From a virus (taxonomy: Duplodnaviria; Caudoviricetes): 42,875 nucleotides of DNA. A program made the position numbers and the translations under genes. The stretch covers positions 1 through 42,875 of the IMG/VR virus record IMGVR_UViG_3300048848_000017; one strand, written 5' to 3'. Below, piece after piece: positions 25,506 through 35,944 of this stretch; within the stretch, counting starts at the first letter, position 1, and each line of letters begins with the position of its first letter. The notes beneath the pieces are model-generated. The model worked only from the letters and a program-made list of their open reading frames with translations. It was not told the origin of the DNA and did not search any database.

Positions 25506-25681
25506 GTGCCGCTCCCTATGTCCTTGACGCCGTCCATCCACAGGCCCGACGCAATCGTTTTGATGGTCCTCAACTCCTCAGGCGACGCCGGCACAACACT
25601 GTGCCGCTCCTCATAACGCCTCGCCGCCCGACACACAAACCCGAACACCTCAAAAGGCAACTCAGACAGGAGACGACGCAT
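25502..25681 (-). CDS. Small hypothetical protein
   Basis: 59 aa; GTGA overlap with lysA. Confidence 0.5.
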   Translation of the reverse strand: MRRLLSELPFEVFGFVCRAARRYEERHSVVPASPEELRTIKTIASGLWMDGVKDIGSGT

Positions 25682-25683
25682 GG

Positions 25684-27273
25684 CTAGACGGCGTTCGCCG
25701 CACCGTTGAGGCGGGCGCCCGTGGTCTGGATGGTGGAAACGAGCCGCGACCACGGACCCTTCAGCCGCTTGTCATCGCCCAACACTGGGATCTCCCGGCG
25801 TCGCTCCCCCGGCGCGTCCGTCACGGTCACCTTCGTGATGTGCTTCTCCACAAAGTTGCCGCGGTCCCACAGGTGCACGATGTCGCCGCAGCGGTAGCGA
25901 GTAGGCGAGCCATCGTCCGCGCCGAAGCTATTGCCGCGGCCAGGAAGACCCGACAGCGCGTTGATGGTGATCGCCTGCGACCCGCCCCACTCCTTGAGCG
26001 AAGCCTGACCCGTCGCGTACCCGTCCAGGGACCACGCCGCAGTGTTGTCGGCGAACTTCTCCGGTAGCGCGTCGTCCTTGCCGATGCGATCCCGCAGCGC
26101 ATTGTCCCAGAAGACCTGGTAGGCAAAGAAGATGTCATCGAACAGGTCACCGACCACGACGCCGAGGCCCAGGCCGGGCGCAAGCAGGTTGAGTAGCAAG
26201 GAGATAGCGAGGTTGGCGCCGATCTCGATCACGTCGTTGAGGATCGCGGGTGACTTGCCGCCGACGATCGCGTTATAAGCGAGAGCGTGGGTGCCCTTCG
26301 CGGTGTAGTCCTTGATCTGCCCATCCGCGTCAGTGCGGAACTGCACCTTGCGGTTGTCGCGCTTCTCGTACGTGTCGAAGACGTAGCAGGCGCGGTCCGG
26401 AGTGTCCGACCATAAGCCGCCGCCCACCGACGCCAACCGTGACAGGTCAAGGAAGTGGCCGCTTGTGTAGTCGATGATCGATTGCAGGTTCGACAGGGTT
26501 GCAGTGTTGAACGCGGACGGTGGCGTTCCATGCCCGTCCCACAACTCCAAGCTGATGCCCCACTCCAAGCGCTCAACATCCTGCGCGAACAGTTCATCCA
26601 ACTGCGTGAATCTGGCTTGGGAGAACATGATCGGCTCGGTTACGTCGCCGAGGAAGTCGAACACATCATCCAGCGAGTCGAAGTCGTCGATGTGCAGGTC
26701 ATCCCAAGCGGATGGCTGCCTGATGGGTAGAGCCGAATACACGGGGACGTCGTTGCGGATTGCCACCTTCGTGACGTACGACTTCATGACCGGGTCAGGG
26801 GCGCCGATCTCCACATCCTGCTTGCCCGTCAACCCCACCTGAATCTCAGGAGGGAACAGGTTGTTGACCCAGGCGTACTGAGATTGCAGCCAAATCTTGT
26901 TGCAACGGCCAGTGAAGACGAACCGTTCGCGGCCGGGTTTGCCGGACACCTCGACATCGATCACACGACCTGTCCAGGGGATGCCGTTGTATCCCATGAC
27001 GCCGAGCGGGTTCTTGCCGAGGCGGATGTGAAAGCACGTGTCCTGAACAGCGTCAGTGGTGATGACCGACGTGAGCGGGTGGTCGTAGCGCAGCTCGAAC
27101 GCGAACGTCCCCGGCTCCAGTCCGAACGTCCACGAGAAACCCGCATTGAGGTACGAACCGACTGGCCGCCAATTGATCTTCGATCCGGGGCCTTGAAAGT
27201 CCCGTAGACCGACCTCAATGTTGAAGGTCTGCGGGTCTTCAGTGTTCGGCTTCGCGTACCCAGGTGCGCTCAC
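25684..27273 (-). CDS. Minor tail protein (tail tip/hub)
   Basis: Second gene after the TMP; LFDDIFFAYQ and YRCGDIV motifs. Confidence 0.85.
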   Translation of the reverse strand: MSAPGYAKPNTEDPQTFNIEVGLRDFQGPGSKINWRPVGSYLNAGFSWTFGLEPGTFAFELRYDHPLTSVITTDAVQDTCFHIRLGKNPLGVMGYNGIPWTGRVIDVEVSGKPGRERFVFTGRCNKIWLQSQYAWVNNLFPPEIQVGLTGKQDVEIGAPDPVMKSYVTKVAIRNDVPVYSALPIRQPSAWDDLHIDDFDSLDDVFDFLGDVTEPIMFSQARFTQLDELFAQDVERLEWGISLELWDGHGTPPSAFNTATLSNLQSIIDYTSGHFLDLSRLASVGGGLWSDTPDRACYVFDTYEKRDNRKVQFRTDADGQIKDYTAKGTHALAYNAIVGGKSPAILNDVIEIGANLAISLLLNLLAPGLGLGVVVGDLFDDIFFAYQVFWDNALRDRIGKDDALPEKFADNTAAWSLDGYATGQASLKEWGGSQAITINALSGLPGRGNSFGADDGSPTRYRCGDIVHLWDRGNFVEKHITKVTVTDAPGERRREIPVLGDDKRLKGPWSRLVSTIQTTGARLNGAANAV

Positions 27274-28088
27274 AGGCCAGACCAATACAACTGCGGAACA
27301 GTGACAGTGAGCTTCGTTGCACCACTGGTACCCGTGCCCGTGATGGTGATAGGTACCGCCTCTGTCTCAGCCGGCGCCTTGTCATGCCAGCGTTCCCCGA
27401 TCCATGACCGGTCAACACCCGCTTGATCCCAGATCGCCCAGAAGTCAGGGTTGGTTTCGATGTCCAACCACTGCCCCGCGGTCAGCGATGGAAGGAGAAT
27501 GTCCTCGTCGCCGATCCCGAGACGCGGGTTGGTGATCGGGCCTTCGAGTTTGTAGTGCAGCCACGAGTCGACATCACCGTTGTTGGCGACTGTCGCACCC
27601 GAAAACTCTGCCGCAGTGAATGTCTGCACCTCGGGTTCTGTGCGCCACCACGACTCATCTGACCGCCAGATCACCTCGTCGTAGGCACGCCCGCAATCGT
27701 GCATCTTCGTGAACTCGGCTTTGTTGTTGAACCGCACCAACCGCACATCCTGGAAACGTCCGGTGTCGACGACCGTGAACCGCATCAGCGAACCGCCCGA
27801 ACGGAACGCTCCGCCCCTGCCGTTTGCGCGGCGCCACTCTGCCAAGTACTCGCGGGCGTCCGGGCCACCACTGCGGTGATACAGGAACATCCCCGCCTCG
27901 ATGAGGTTGGGTTTGTTCGTGACGTCAGCAGTGGTGACACCGTCCTGGTCGGCGCCGTTCAGGTCGTCGAAGTCCCACTCCGCGCCTTCGATCCCGCGAA
28001 TGTAGGTGAGCTTGATCCGCGAGTCGACGTCGAACGCCCACTCGTTTCCGAAGATGTCGGTGAGTTGGCACGATACAGAGAGTGGCAT
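27270..28088 (-). CDS. Distal tail protein
   Basis: Follows the TMP; NNGDVDSWLHYKLEGP motif. Confidence 0.85.
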   Translation of the reverse strand: MPLSVSCQLTDIFGNEWAFDVDSRIKLTYIRGIEGAEWDFDDLNGADQDGVTTADVTNKPNLIEAGMFLYHRSGGPDAREYLAEWRRANGRGGAFRSGGSLMRFTVVDTGRFQDVRLVRFNNKAEFTKMHDCGRAYDEVIWRSDESWWRTEPEVQTFTAAEFSGATVANNGDVDSWLHYKLEGPITNPRLGIGDEDILLPSLTAGQWLDIETNPDFWAIWDQAGVDRSWIGERWHDKAPAETEAVPITITGTGTSGATKLTVTVPQLYWSGL

Positions 28089-31000
28089 CAGAGACCCGCC
28101 GCCCCGAGGATGAGACCGGCGCCGCTATTCGGATCAGTCGGATGCACTTTGGCTCCTTCTTCGCGGACGGCCCGCTGGATCTCGATCAGTTGCTTGACTA
28201 CTTCGTCTGCGACTTTCCCGACCATCTGGGAGACGCCGTCTACCGAGTTGGCGGAGGTGTCCATAGTGGGCAGGATGGAGCCGAGGTTGACGGACTTGCC
28301 GAGCGCCATGTTGACGTACGGCATAGCCACCGATGCCGCCGTGAACGCACCACCAACCGCGAGTGCGGCCCAGTCGTAGAAGTTCTCGGGCTTCATGAAG
28401 TCAGACGTCTCTTCGGAGTAGCCGCCGAACCCGACCGTTCCGCCGGCCGCGAACTTGCGGATCTTCCCCGAGTTGATCGCCTTCAGCAGGGGCCGCCACT
28501 CTTCGGCTGGTCCCTTGCGGATGATCTCTTCGCCTGGCATTCCGAGGATGAGTTCGGAGTCTTCGTTGCCGACGCCGGGGATGGTTCCGCCGTTGGCGTA
28601 GGCGACGATTGGGAGTGGTCCGCGGCCGAACACCTCGGGTGGTGCTGCCGCTGCGGGTGCGGGCGCGCTCGGAGTTGACGTTGCAGCCGGAGTAGTCGCG
28701 ACTGGTGCACCGTCAAGACGACCACCCACCACGTACACCTGTTGCACGCCTGTGGGGGCGCCCACGCCCGGATCGCCCGGCGCGGCGGGCACAGTCCCGA
28801 CACTCGGTGCGACCTGATCAAACAGGGCGCCAGCATCATCGGACTGAGACTGGATCTCCGTCAGATACCCCTGGCGACCGTTCGCCACAGCGCTCGCGCC
28901 CGACGTATCCCCCGGCCGCTGCTGCAACCAGAAGATGTCCTCCCAGATGTCGCCGCCCGCTTCGCCCTTGTGCTTCTCGTCGAGGCGGTTGTAGAACTCG
29001 TCGATGTTCTGGTTCGGGTCGTCGCGGCCCGCGTAGCTCTCGTCCTGCTGGAACACGCCGTGCCACGCACCACCACCACCATTCGCCGTAGGTGACAGCC
29101 CGGACTCCTGCATGCCGGTCGCGAGGATCGCCTTGATTTCCTCGTCGGTGTAGCCACGCTTGCGGCCCTGCGCGATGATCGCCCGCGCCACCTCTTCCTT
29201 CGAGGAATCCGTCGACAAGACAGGAACCTCAATCTCAGCAGGCGGCATAGGGTCCATGCCCGCGGGTGCACTGAGTGGCTGCTCCGCCGCGACATGGACG
29301 TGATCATGATGATCACCAGCCCCCGCGTAGTACGAGTCGTCAACGAACGCACCATCGCCAACCTGACGTCCCGAGAACCGCGAGTCGTGGTAAATCAGTT
29401 CGGCGAGCTGTCCGCGGTAGTTGTCGGCCATGTAGTTGGCGAACGCCAGCATGTCGTCGGTGTCGCGGCCACCGCCGGGAGGACCAAAGTCTCCCGCCTG
29501 CCCGGTGTTGTGGTAGCTACCCGGCTCATCACGCACACCAGACGTCAGCGTCAGCGTGGGTGCGGCCTGCTGCTGCACCGTTTGCAGAGAGTCGAGGACA
29601 CTGACCGGACCACCGTCAGCACGAGGGACGCCCAACATTCCAGCGTTGACCATCGCCATGAACTCTTCGCCATACATATCCACGGCCGACGCCTGCATGA
29701 CCCACTCACCATCGGAGGTGGGGGTCAGGATCATGTCATCCTTCGGCCCACCCGGACCGCTGATGGGACCGCCGCCCGCACGCCCCGACCCCGTCATCAA
29801 CCCGCGCTGATTGTTCAGCTTCGCATTGTCTTGCCGGTTAATGATGTCGAAATACGCTGTGGCAGTGACGACCTTGCCATCGATCTCGCGGAGGCTGGTG
29901 TTCAGGTTGTCGACGTCCACCTTCGCCGCCGGTGCGTTCGTCGTGACGATGACGTTCTTGCCGTTGTCATTTCGAACCGAGACCCCGAGTTGCTGCAACA
30001 CCGCCAACACATCCGGCGCCAAGGGTGATTCGACAACAATGTTCTTGTTGTTGTCCGTCGTCACCTTCACGCCAAGTTGAGTGAGGAGGTCAAAGACGCC
30101 TTGACCTCCCGGCGCTGAGATCGCGATGGGATGGTCACGTGGAAGTGCCGCCAACTCTGCATTCAACGCAACAACAGTGTCGGTCACGAGACCTGTCGCT
30201 TGGCCCATGTTCCCAACCGCGCCAGTCGCATCCATCATCCCCGCCTGGTACTGCTCCAGGGTGATTTTGCCTTCACGGAGTTCGTCAGCGAGGCGTGCGG
30301 CGATGTCCGCGCCCTTCTGCACACCCTCAGCGTGAGCATCGATCTTGTCGAGGCTATCGTCGGCGTTCTTCGCGAAGTCCTGCAACGCCCGTCCTGCGTC
30401 CCCAATGGGTCCAGGGACGTGGGACATGCCCTCGCCAATGGTTTCAATGACGTCCACGACGGTGCGGAGGGCACCCGCGAATGCGCGTTCAATTCCGGCG
30501 GCGGCGGACATGCTGGTAGAGGCGACGTCGAGGAGTGCGGCCGATACGGTGATTGCGGCGGCTGCCAACTCGATGAAGAAGTTGAGGATCTGGTCTTGGT
30601 TTTCGGTGACCCATGTCGCGGCGTCGGATGCCATAGGAGCGAACGCTTCCGCGAGCTTCACCTTTACCTCGTCCGCGGCCACTGAGATCTTATTCCGGGC
30701 CGCTTCGAGGGATGCTGCTGCGCCGCCACCGGCGATGTCCATCCCTTCGAGGGCTTTACCAGTGGCGTCGAAACCCGCTGCCGCGGTCGACAAATCCATG
30801 GTGTCGAACGCCCCACCTAAGTCTTCGACCTGCGTACCAAACAGGGCGATAGCCAGTTCGTTGCGCTTGATGGGGTCTTCGATCTCACCGAGCGCATCGA
30901 GGATCTTGTCGGTCATCCCGAACGCTGCGTCGCCCCCCTTGCCCAGTTCGGTTTGCATCTCTTCGGCTGTCATACCGATGACCTCACCGAGAGTGGTGAA

Positions 31001-32206
31001 CGCTTCGGTCGTGGATTCTGATCCATCGATGGCGCGGAGGGAGAACTCCTTGATGGCGTCGGCGGCGATGTCGGTGTCGCGGGCGCCGCCCTGGACAGCC
31101 TGTGCGATCAGACCCATGGCGGTTTGGCCGTCGATCCCGACCTTGCGGAACTGGGTGCCGTACTCAACCATCGTGTCGATGATGTCTTCGGACATGTTGA
31201 GGCCGCGCTGTTGAGCTGCGGTCAGCAGGTCCATCGCTTCAAGGGGTGTTTCGACCATTCCGGTCTTGATCATCTGGCCGGCTGCGCGTGCGACCGCGGG
31301 GATCTCCTCGCCCATAATCCCGGACACGAAGTTGAGTTGTTCGATGAGGGGTTGCATTTCTGCGGCTGTGGCGTTGCCGTCGATGAGTCCGGCCTGTAGT
31401 GCAACACCTGCGGTGTCGAGGTTCGCCGACACGGATTCGCCCCAAGCGTTGCCGAAGGCGTTGCCGGCAGCCTCACCCCACACCGTCATCTGGTAGTCGT
31501 TGAGCCCGAATTGCGCTTGGGTGAAGTCTCGTTCGGCCTGGATCTGGAATCCGTCGTAAACGGAGTCGGCTAGTTTGGCGCCGGCGAGTGCGCCGATGCC
31601 TACGGTTGCGCCTAGTGCGAGGCCGATGGGTCCGGCTTTGGAGCCGAGGGAGGCTACGCGGGTGCCGAAGGATGCGATGAACGCGCCACCACCGGACGCG
31701 CCGGCGCCGTCCGCCGACCCTGCCGCCGACTCCATCGCGCTGGAGAACGCGCCACCGATACCGGAGGCCGCCTGCTCGCCCTGGGCGCCCGCGTTTTCGA
31801 ATGCCCCGCCGATACCCGACGCCGCCGATTCCGCTTGGCTCCCGGCCTGCTGGAATGCGCCACCAATACCACTCGCGGCTGACTCGGCTTGGCTGCCCGC
31901 CTGCTGCCACTCTCCACCGATCCCGGATGCGGCGGCCTCAGCCTGGGAACCGGCCTGTGACCATGCGCCCTGAATGCCTGAAGCGGCAGCTTCGGCTTGC
32001 GACCCGGCCTGCTGCCACGCCGACTCGACATTTCCCGACGCCTGCGCTGCCTGCTGCCCCGCACGATTGAAAGCTGATGCCGCGTTCTGTGCCGCCCGGT
32101 CCGCCTCCTGCGCGAGCGCCCGGAACTGGTTGCCCGCCTGGTCGACGTCGCGCCGAAACTGGGTGGCATCCAGCTCTAGCTCAGCCCGCAACAGTCCAAC
32201 GTCCAC
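28088..32206 (-). CDS. Tape measure protein with C-terminal cell-wall hydrolase-like domains
   Basis: 1372 aa, Ala/Gly-rich; DAIKEFSLR core; SYH..G.A.D...HHDHVH and ATGMQESGL motifs. Confidence 0.95.
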   Translation of the reverse strand: MDVGLLRAELELDATQFRRDVDQAGNQFRALAQEADRAAQNAASAFNRAGQQAAQASGNVESAWQQAGSQAEAAASGIQGAWSQAGSQAEAAASGIGGEWQQAGSQAESAASGIGGAFQQAGSQAESAASGIGGAFENAGAQGEQAASGIGGAFSSAMESAAGSADGAGASGGGAFIASFGTRVASLGSKAGPIGLALGATVGIGALAGAKLADSVYDGFQIQAERDFTQAQFGLNDYQMTVWGEAAGNAFGNAWGESVSANLDTAGVALQAGLIDGNATAAEMQPLIEQLNFVSGIMGEEIPAVARAAGQMIKTGMVETPLEAMDLLTAAQQRGLNMSEDIIDTMVEYGTQFRKVGIDGQTAMGLIAQAVQGGARDTDIAADAIKEFSLRAIDGSESTTEAFTTLGEVIGMTAEEMQTELGKGGDAAFGMTDKILDALGEIEDPIKRNELAIALFGTQVEDLGGAFDTMDLSTAAAGFDATGKALEGMDIAGGGAAASLEAARNKISVAADEVKVKLAEAFAPMASDAATWVTENQDQILNFFIELAAAAITVSAALLDVASTSMSAAAGIERAFAGALRTVVDVIETIGEGMSHVPGPIGDAGRALQDFAKNADDSLDKIDAHAEGVQKGADIAARLADELREGKITLEQYQAGMMDATGAVGNMGQATGLVTDTVVALNAELAALPRDHPIAISAPGGQGVFDLLTQLGVKVTTDNNKNIVVESPLAPDVLAVLQQLGVSVRNDNGKNVIVTTNAPAAKVDVDNLNTSLREIDGKVVTATAYFDIINRQDNAKLNNQRGLMTGSGRAGGGPISGPGGPKDDMILTPTSDGEWVMQASAVDMYGEEFMAMVNAGMLGVPRADGGPVSVLDSLQTVQQQAAPTLTLTSGVRDEPGSYHNTGQAGDFGPPGGGRDTDDMLAFANYMADNYRGQLAELIYHDSRFSGRQVGDGAFVDDSYYAGAGDHHDHVHVAAEQPLSAPAGMDPMPPAEIEVPVLSTDSSKEEVARAIIAQGRKRGYTDEEIKAILATGMQESGLSPTANGGGGAWHGVFQQDESYAGRDDPNQNIDEFYNRLDEKHKGEAGGDIWEDIFWLQQRPGDTSGASAVANGRQGYLTEIQSQSDDAGALFDQVAPSVGTVPAAPGDPGVGAPTGVQQVYVVGGRLDGAPVATTPAATSTPSAPAPAAAAPPEVFGRGPLPIVAYANGGTIPGVGNEDSELILGMPGEEIIRKGPAEEWRPLLKAINSGKIRKFAAGGTVGFGGYSEETSDFMKPENFYDWAALAVGGAFTAASVAMPYVNMALGKSVNLGSILPTMDTSANSVDGVSQMVGKVADEVVKQLIEIQRAVREEGAKVHPTDPNSGAGLILGAAGL
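31748..32071 (-). repeat. About six 54-bp (18-aa) tandem repeats in the TMP
   Basis: [W/F]QQAGSQAExAASGIGGA units. Confidence 0.8.
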
Positions 32207-32208
32207 AG

Positions 32209-33032
32209 CTAAGCTCCTTCGGTTGGGGGTGCCGCAGTCAACGCCTTATGCAGGCGGCTGTCAGGCTGAGATATGAGGTCGACGATCTGCCATTCAAGCC
32301 AGATCCAGGGGCGTTGCTTCATCAGGTCGGAGAAGCAGTCAACGCCGTGGTCGCGGAGGTCGAGAACGATTGCGCGCCAATGGGTCAAGATGTCAAGCCA
32401 AGCGACTTTGCGGTCGGTGTCCTTCTCGCGGCGCGGGAAGAACCAGGCGCGGCCTTGCCATCCGGCTACGGGGTCTGGTTCGCCGCCGCCGGGGTCTTCT
32501 TCGTGGTACGCCCCCGGCCGCGGGTCGTACCACCCGTACTTGCCTTTGACTCTGTCGGGGAGTTCTTCTCCTCCGGGGCCGTAGGCGCGGTCGGTGTCGG
32601 CACTTTTGGGCCTTTGCCGCCTGACCAGTAGGCGATGGCGGAGGGTGCACCAAGTCCGGTGTTGAGTAGTGCTGCTTGGCCGGCGCGCATGACCTGTGTC
32701 CAGGTGACGCCGTTGTCGAACATCTCCGACCAGACTCCGCCTCGGTATTCGCCGCGGTCGACTTCGCGGGTCTTCTCGACGCGCTTACCGTTCTCCATGA
32801 CCGTGAAGGTTTCGGTCTCGATCTTCGGTACCCATTCGGCGCCGAGGATCGTGGCGACCTGCTTGAGGTAGTCGTCGTCGGACAGCTTCTTCATGTACTC
32901 GGGGTCGGTGAAGAACCGGCGAATGTACAAGCCGTCGTGGGCGTTCGGGTCTTTGATGCGGTATTTGATGCCCGCGATTTTCAGGGTGAGTGCGGGGTCG
33001 AAGTAGTCGTCGAGATCGCCTTGCAATTCCAC
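32209..33032 (-). CDS. Tail assembly chaperone, long -1 frameshift product
   Basis: Slippery C CCA AAA at 32604-32610; the -1 frame is open (SADTDRAYG...WIWLEWQIVDL...TEGA*) to a TAG just before the TMP start. Confidence 0.8.
32466..33032 (-). CDS. Tail assembly chaperone, short product
   Basis: Between tail tube and TMP; AGGAGG RBS. Confidence 0.85.
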   Translation of the reverse strand: MELQGDLDDYFDPALTLKIAGIKYRIKDPNAHDGLYIRRFFTDPEYMKKLSDDDYLKQVATILGAEWVPKIETETFTVMENGKRVEKTREVDRGEYRGGVWSEMFDNGVTWTQVMRAGQAALLNTGLGAPSAIAYWSGGKGPKVPTPTAPTAPEEKNSPTESKASTGGTTRGRGRTTKKTPAAANQTP

Positions 33033-33105
33033 TGTGGCCTCCTACAGCGGTTGTGGTTACCTGCGCGCCGCGGCCTCCTGCGACGTGCGGGATAGAACGG
33101 GGGTG

Positions 33106-33867
33106 TTACGCGGGTGCGACTGTGAGCGCCCCGCCGGTGAGCGTTGCCGTGCCAGCCTTGAGGACGCCACCCGGTGTGGACACAACCCAGTTCGGGGCCG
33201 ACCCGGTGACATCCCAGTCGGAGGCGTCGAAGCCGTCATCGAGGGCGACGAGAGCCGTCTTCACAGCGGCAGCGTTCGCGTTGTAAACGATGTTCGCGGT
33301 CGACTGCCCGCCGTAGGACAACTGGAAGTTGCCAGCCGATGCAGCACCCACACCCACGCCGTAGCTGGTTTCCTCGGTCGGCACCTCGAAGTCCTCGTTG
33401 GGCTTACCCATTCCCTCGAACGTGCCCGACCACTCCTGCAACTTCGGGGGCTTCGCCTCATCCAGCGACACCGAACACGTCGCCCGGTAGTCAGCCTTGT
33501 AGTCGAGGGTGTCGTACCGCCAGTGGCGCAGGTGCACGATGCCGGCGTTGCCGAACGTCTTCGCGGTGTCCAGGAGGAACTGCAATCCGGGGGAAATCGT
33601 GCCGTCCCCTGCGCCCTGCGCGACGACGAATCCCTTGGCGGCGGCGGTGAATGCCTGTCCGGTCGGGAACTTCGATGCCCAGCCGCCGTCAGCAAGGGTG
33701 GTGTTGTCCTCGGTGGTCTGCGCGTACTTGGGACCGTATGAAGTCAGTCCGGGCAGTTCGGCCCATGTGGGGGTGCCGGCGTCGGGGGTCATGTCGATCT
33801 GCACGGTGAACAGGCCACCGGTGAAGTTCTTCAGTTCAGATGACGGGGTGGGCTTGAGAGGTGCCAT
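33106..33867 (-). CDS. Major tail tube protein
   Basis: Position; DGGWASKFPT; C-terminal accessory domain. Confidence 0.85.
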   Translation of the reverse strand: MAPLKPTPSSELKNFTGGLFTVQIDMTPDAGTPTWAELPGLTSYGPKYAQTTEDNTTLADGGWASKFPTGQAFTAAAKGFVVAQGAGDGTISPGLQFLLDTAKTFGNAGIVHLRHWRYDTLDYKADYRATCSVSLDEAKPPKLQEWSGTFEGMGKPNEDFEVPTEETSYGVGVGAASAGNFQLSYGGQSTANIVYNANAAAVKTALVALDDGFDASDWDVTGSAPNWVVSTPGGVLKAGTATLTGGALTVAPA

Positions 33868-33869
33868 GG

Positions 33870-34316
33870 TTATTCTCCTGGGGTGAGGCGGATGTAGTAG
33901 TTCTCCGCTTTGGTCCAGCGCACGTTGCTGTCTTGTGCAGGTGGAGCAGAGGATTGGCGTACGACCGAGAGGGCTCGCAAGCCGCCCGGTAGGTTGACCG
34001 GGGTTCGTGGGTTGTGCAGCACTTCGAACGCTGCGTGGGCGAGACGTTCAACGGGATGCTTCTGCGATCCCGGCGCCCGCCACAACAGTTGGACCATGAC
34101 GAGGGGGTTGCCTTCGGTGGTGTCGGGGTCGGGGTCGCGGTTGTAGTGGTTGATGGCGACGGCGAGATCCGGTTTGCTCGGGAGTATTCCGAACCAGACG
34201 GTGGGTTTGGTGGGTGAGGTTGGGTAGGCGTCTGCGTAGACGGCGAGGCCGAGGTTGTGGAGGTATTGGGCGATCGACTTCTCAACTAGTTCGGGGGCGC
34301 CGACGAATGTGGTCAT
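33870..34316 (-). CDS. Tail terminator-like protein
   Basis: IAQYLHNLGL...QDSNVRW; position. Confidence 0.7.
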   Translation of the reverse strand: MTTFVGAPELVEKSIAQYLHNLGLAVYADAYPTSPTKPTVWFGILPSKPDLAVAINHYNRDPDPDTTEGNPLVMVQLLWRAPGSQKHPVERLAHAAFEVLHNPRTPVNLPGGLRALSVVRQSSAPPAQDSNVRWTKAENYYIRLTPGE

Positions 34317-34639
34317 TGGCCGAGGCTCCGCTTGATCTCGTCCGCGATGGCGTCGAAGATCTGGGTCTTGTTGTTGATCAATGCGTTTTCGAGGTACTTC
34401 GCTTCGCGTCCCTGGTCGTGCTGGTAGCCGAGTTCCTCGTGTTGCTTGATGGCGTACGGGGTGTTGTAGCCGACCGCCGCCTTGTTGCCTTCAGCCTTGG
34501 CGACACCGGATCGGATGAGAGCCCCTGTTTCGATGGGGGCCTTGCGGTTCGACTCATCAAGTAGCACTTCTGCGCCCATCGTCATGGCCCGCTCAATGTC
34601 TGCGTCTCCGATGTCGCCGTTCCACGTCAGGTCGGCCAT
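34313..34639 (-). CDS. HK97-gp10-like neck/minor capsid protein
   Basis: APIETGALIRSG...YNTPYAIKQHE...KYLE motifs. Confidence 0.8.
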   Translation of the reverse strand: MADLTWNGDIGDADIERAMTMGAEVLLDESNRKAPIETGALIRSGVAKAEGNKAAVGYNTPYAIKQHEELGYQHDQGREAKYLENALINNKTQIFDAIADEIKRSLGQ

Positions 34640-34648
34640 GACACCCTC

Positions 34649-34972
34649 CTAGTCGAGGTCGATGGAGTAGAAGTTCGGAGTACCAACCGCCCGATGCGGC
34701 GCCTCAGCGATCACCCGACGCGGACTGTCCTCGTCACCGAAGTCGACCAACGAATCCACCGGAATCGCTGCCGTATCAACACTCATCGAAATCGACGACG
34801 CAGACACGACTTCGTTGCCTTCGGTGTCGCGGATGACCTTCGTCTGATTCCGCACCCTGCCGAGCATCTGCGTGCGCGGCCCATACGATTCGCCCGTGTT
34901 CGGGCTGTTGCCGGTGAGGCGACGGACCCAGAACGGTTCCGACCACCACCGGGCCAGCAGGTCAGTAGCCAC
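34649..34972 (-). CDS. Head-to-tail stopper
   Basis: VIRDTEGNEVVS motif; position. Confidence 0.7.
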   Translation of the reverse strand: MATDLLARWWSEPFWVRRLTGNSPNTGESYGPRTQMLGRVRNQTKVIRDTEGNEVVSASSISMSVDTAAIPVDSLVDFGDEDSPRRVIAEAPHRAVGTPNFYSIDLD

Positions 34973-35387
34973 GGACAACCGCCGACGCCAACCCCGCAGC
35001 ACGGAGAATGGACACCGACAAGTCGCAGAGTTCGTTGACCGCGGCGGCTTTCGCTGACGCTGACGCCGCAATCGCCGTCGCATCCAACTCAATCGACGCA
35101 CCATCGATGCTCGACTTCGTTACTTCAGCCTCAACACCGGCAGCGCCCTTCACCGGGTCGATGCCGTTGTCGATCCACGCCTCCGCCTGCGCACACACGG
35201 CCTCCGACATGGCGTCCGAAAGGTCCGGGTCAGATGGTGTGCCGTTCGCTTCGACGTCGTACAGATCATTGCGGCAAGCCCGATGCACCAGCACCGACGC
35301 AGAACGCAGATACTTGCCTACCGAATCAACGTCAGGTTCAGACCCATACCAGGTGGTGAGCTGATCCTCTGTGGCGTACACAATCAC
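34962..35387 (-). CDS. Head-to-tail adaptor
   Basis: YAT..., EAVCAQ, ILRAAGL motifs. Confidence 0.75.
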   Translation of the reverse strand: MIVYATEDQLTTWYGSEPDVDSVGKYLRSASVLVHRACRNDLYDVEANGTPSDPDLSDAMSEAVCAQAEAWIDNGIDPVKGAAGVEAEVTKSSIDGASIELDATAIAASASAKAAAVNELCDLSVSILRAAGLASAVVRGY

Positions 35388-35410
35388 GACGCGACCTCTT
35401 CAGTTGGTGA

Positions 35411-35450
35411 GTCGCCGGGGACAGTGGGAGGCCACACCATCCCCGGCGAC
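35411..35450. terminator. Hairpin after the capsid gene pair
   Basis: GTCGCCGGGGA...TCCCCGGCGAC 11-bp perfect stem. Confidence 0.65.
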
Positions 35451-35458
35451 ACTGGTGG

Positions 35459-35944
35459 CTACTTCGCAGCCGTCTTGGTGGCGGCCTTGCGTGCCGGCCG
35501 TTTGGCCGTCTCCGCGAGGGCTTCCGCCGCGTGCTCTGACTCCGCAGCCGACTGAGTGTCAGCGTCGTCGGACACCACACCCGGCCGGACCGGTTGCTCT
35601 TTCGCGGCATGGATCTGCGGGGCAACAACCTTCGGGCCGTGAGGGTCAGCCTTACCGGCGTTTACCGGCGGTAAGAAGTCCTCGGGCTGCGGGTCGACCG
35701 CGGCGTCACGCGCCTTGGTCCCGATCTGCGTTTCGGTGATGTCGCGTGAGTCGACAGGTTCCGGCGCCTCGGGCTGGTCAACGGTTTTGCCGTCGACCGT
35801 GAAGCCTTTGCCACGCAGGTACGCCAACACGCCTTCGGGGGCGTCTTTGGCATCGGCCACACCATCCTTGAACTTCAGGGTGGTGGAGCCGAACACGGTG
35901 TCACCTGTGAATCCCTCTATCGGGGACTGCACTTTGGTCATCAC
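35459..35944 (-). CDS. Capsid-associated hypothetical protein
   Basis: Coupled to the major capsid gene. Confidence 0.7.
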   Translation of the reverse strand: MMTKVQSPIEGFTGDTVFGSTTLKFKDGVADAKDAPEGVLAYLRGKGFTVDGKTVDQPEAPEPVDSRDITETQIGTKARDAAVDPQPEDFLPPVNAGKADPHGPKVVAPQIHAAKEQPVRPGVVSDDADTQSAAESEHAAEALAETAKRPARKAATKTAAK

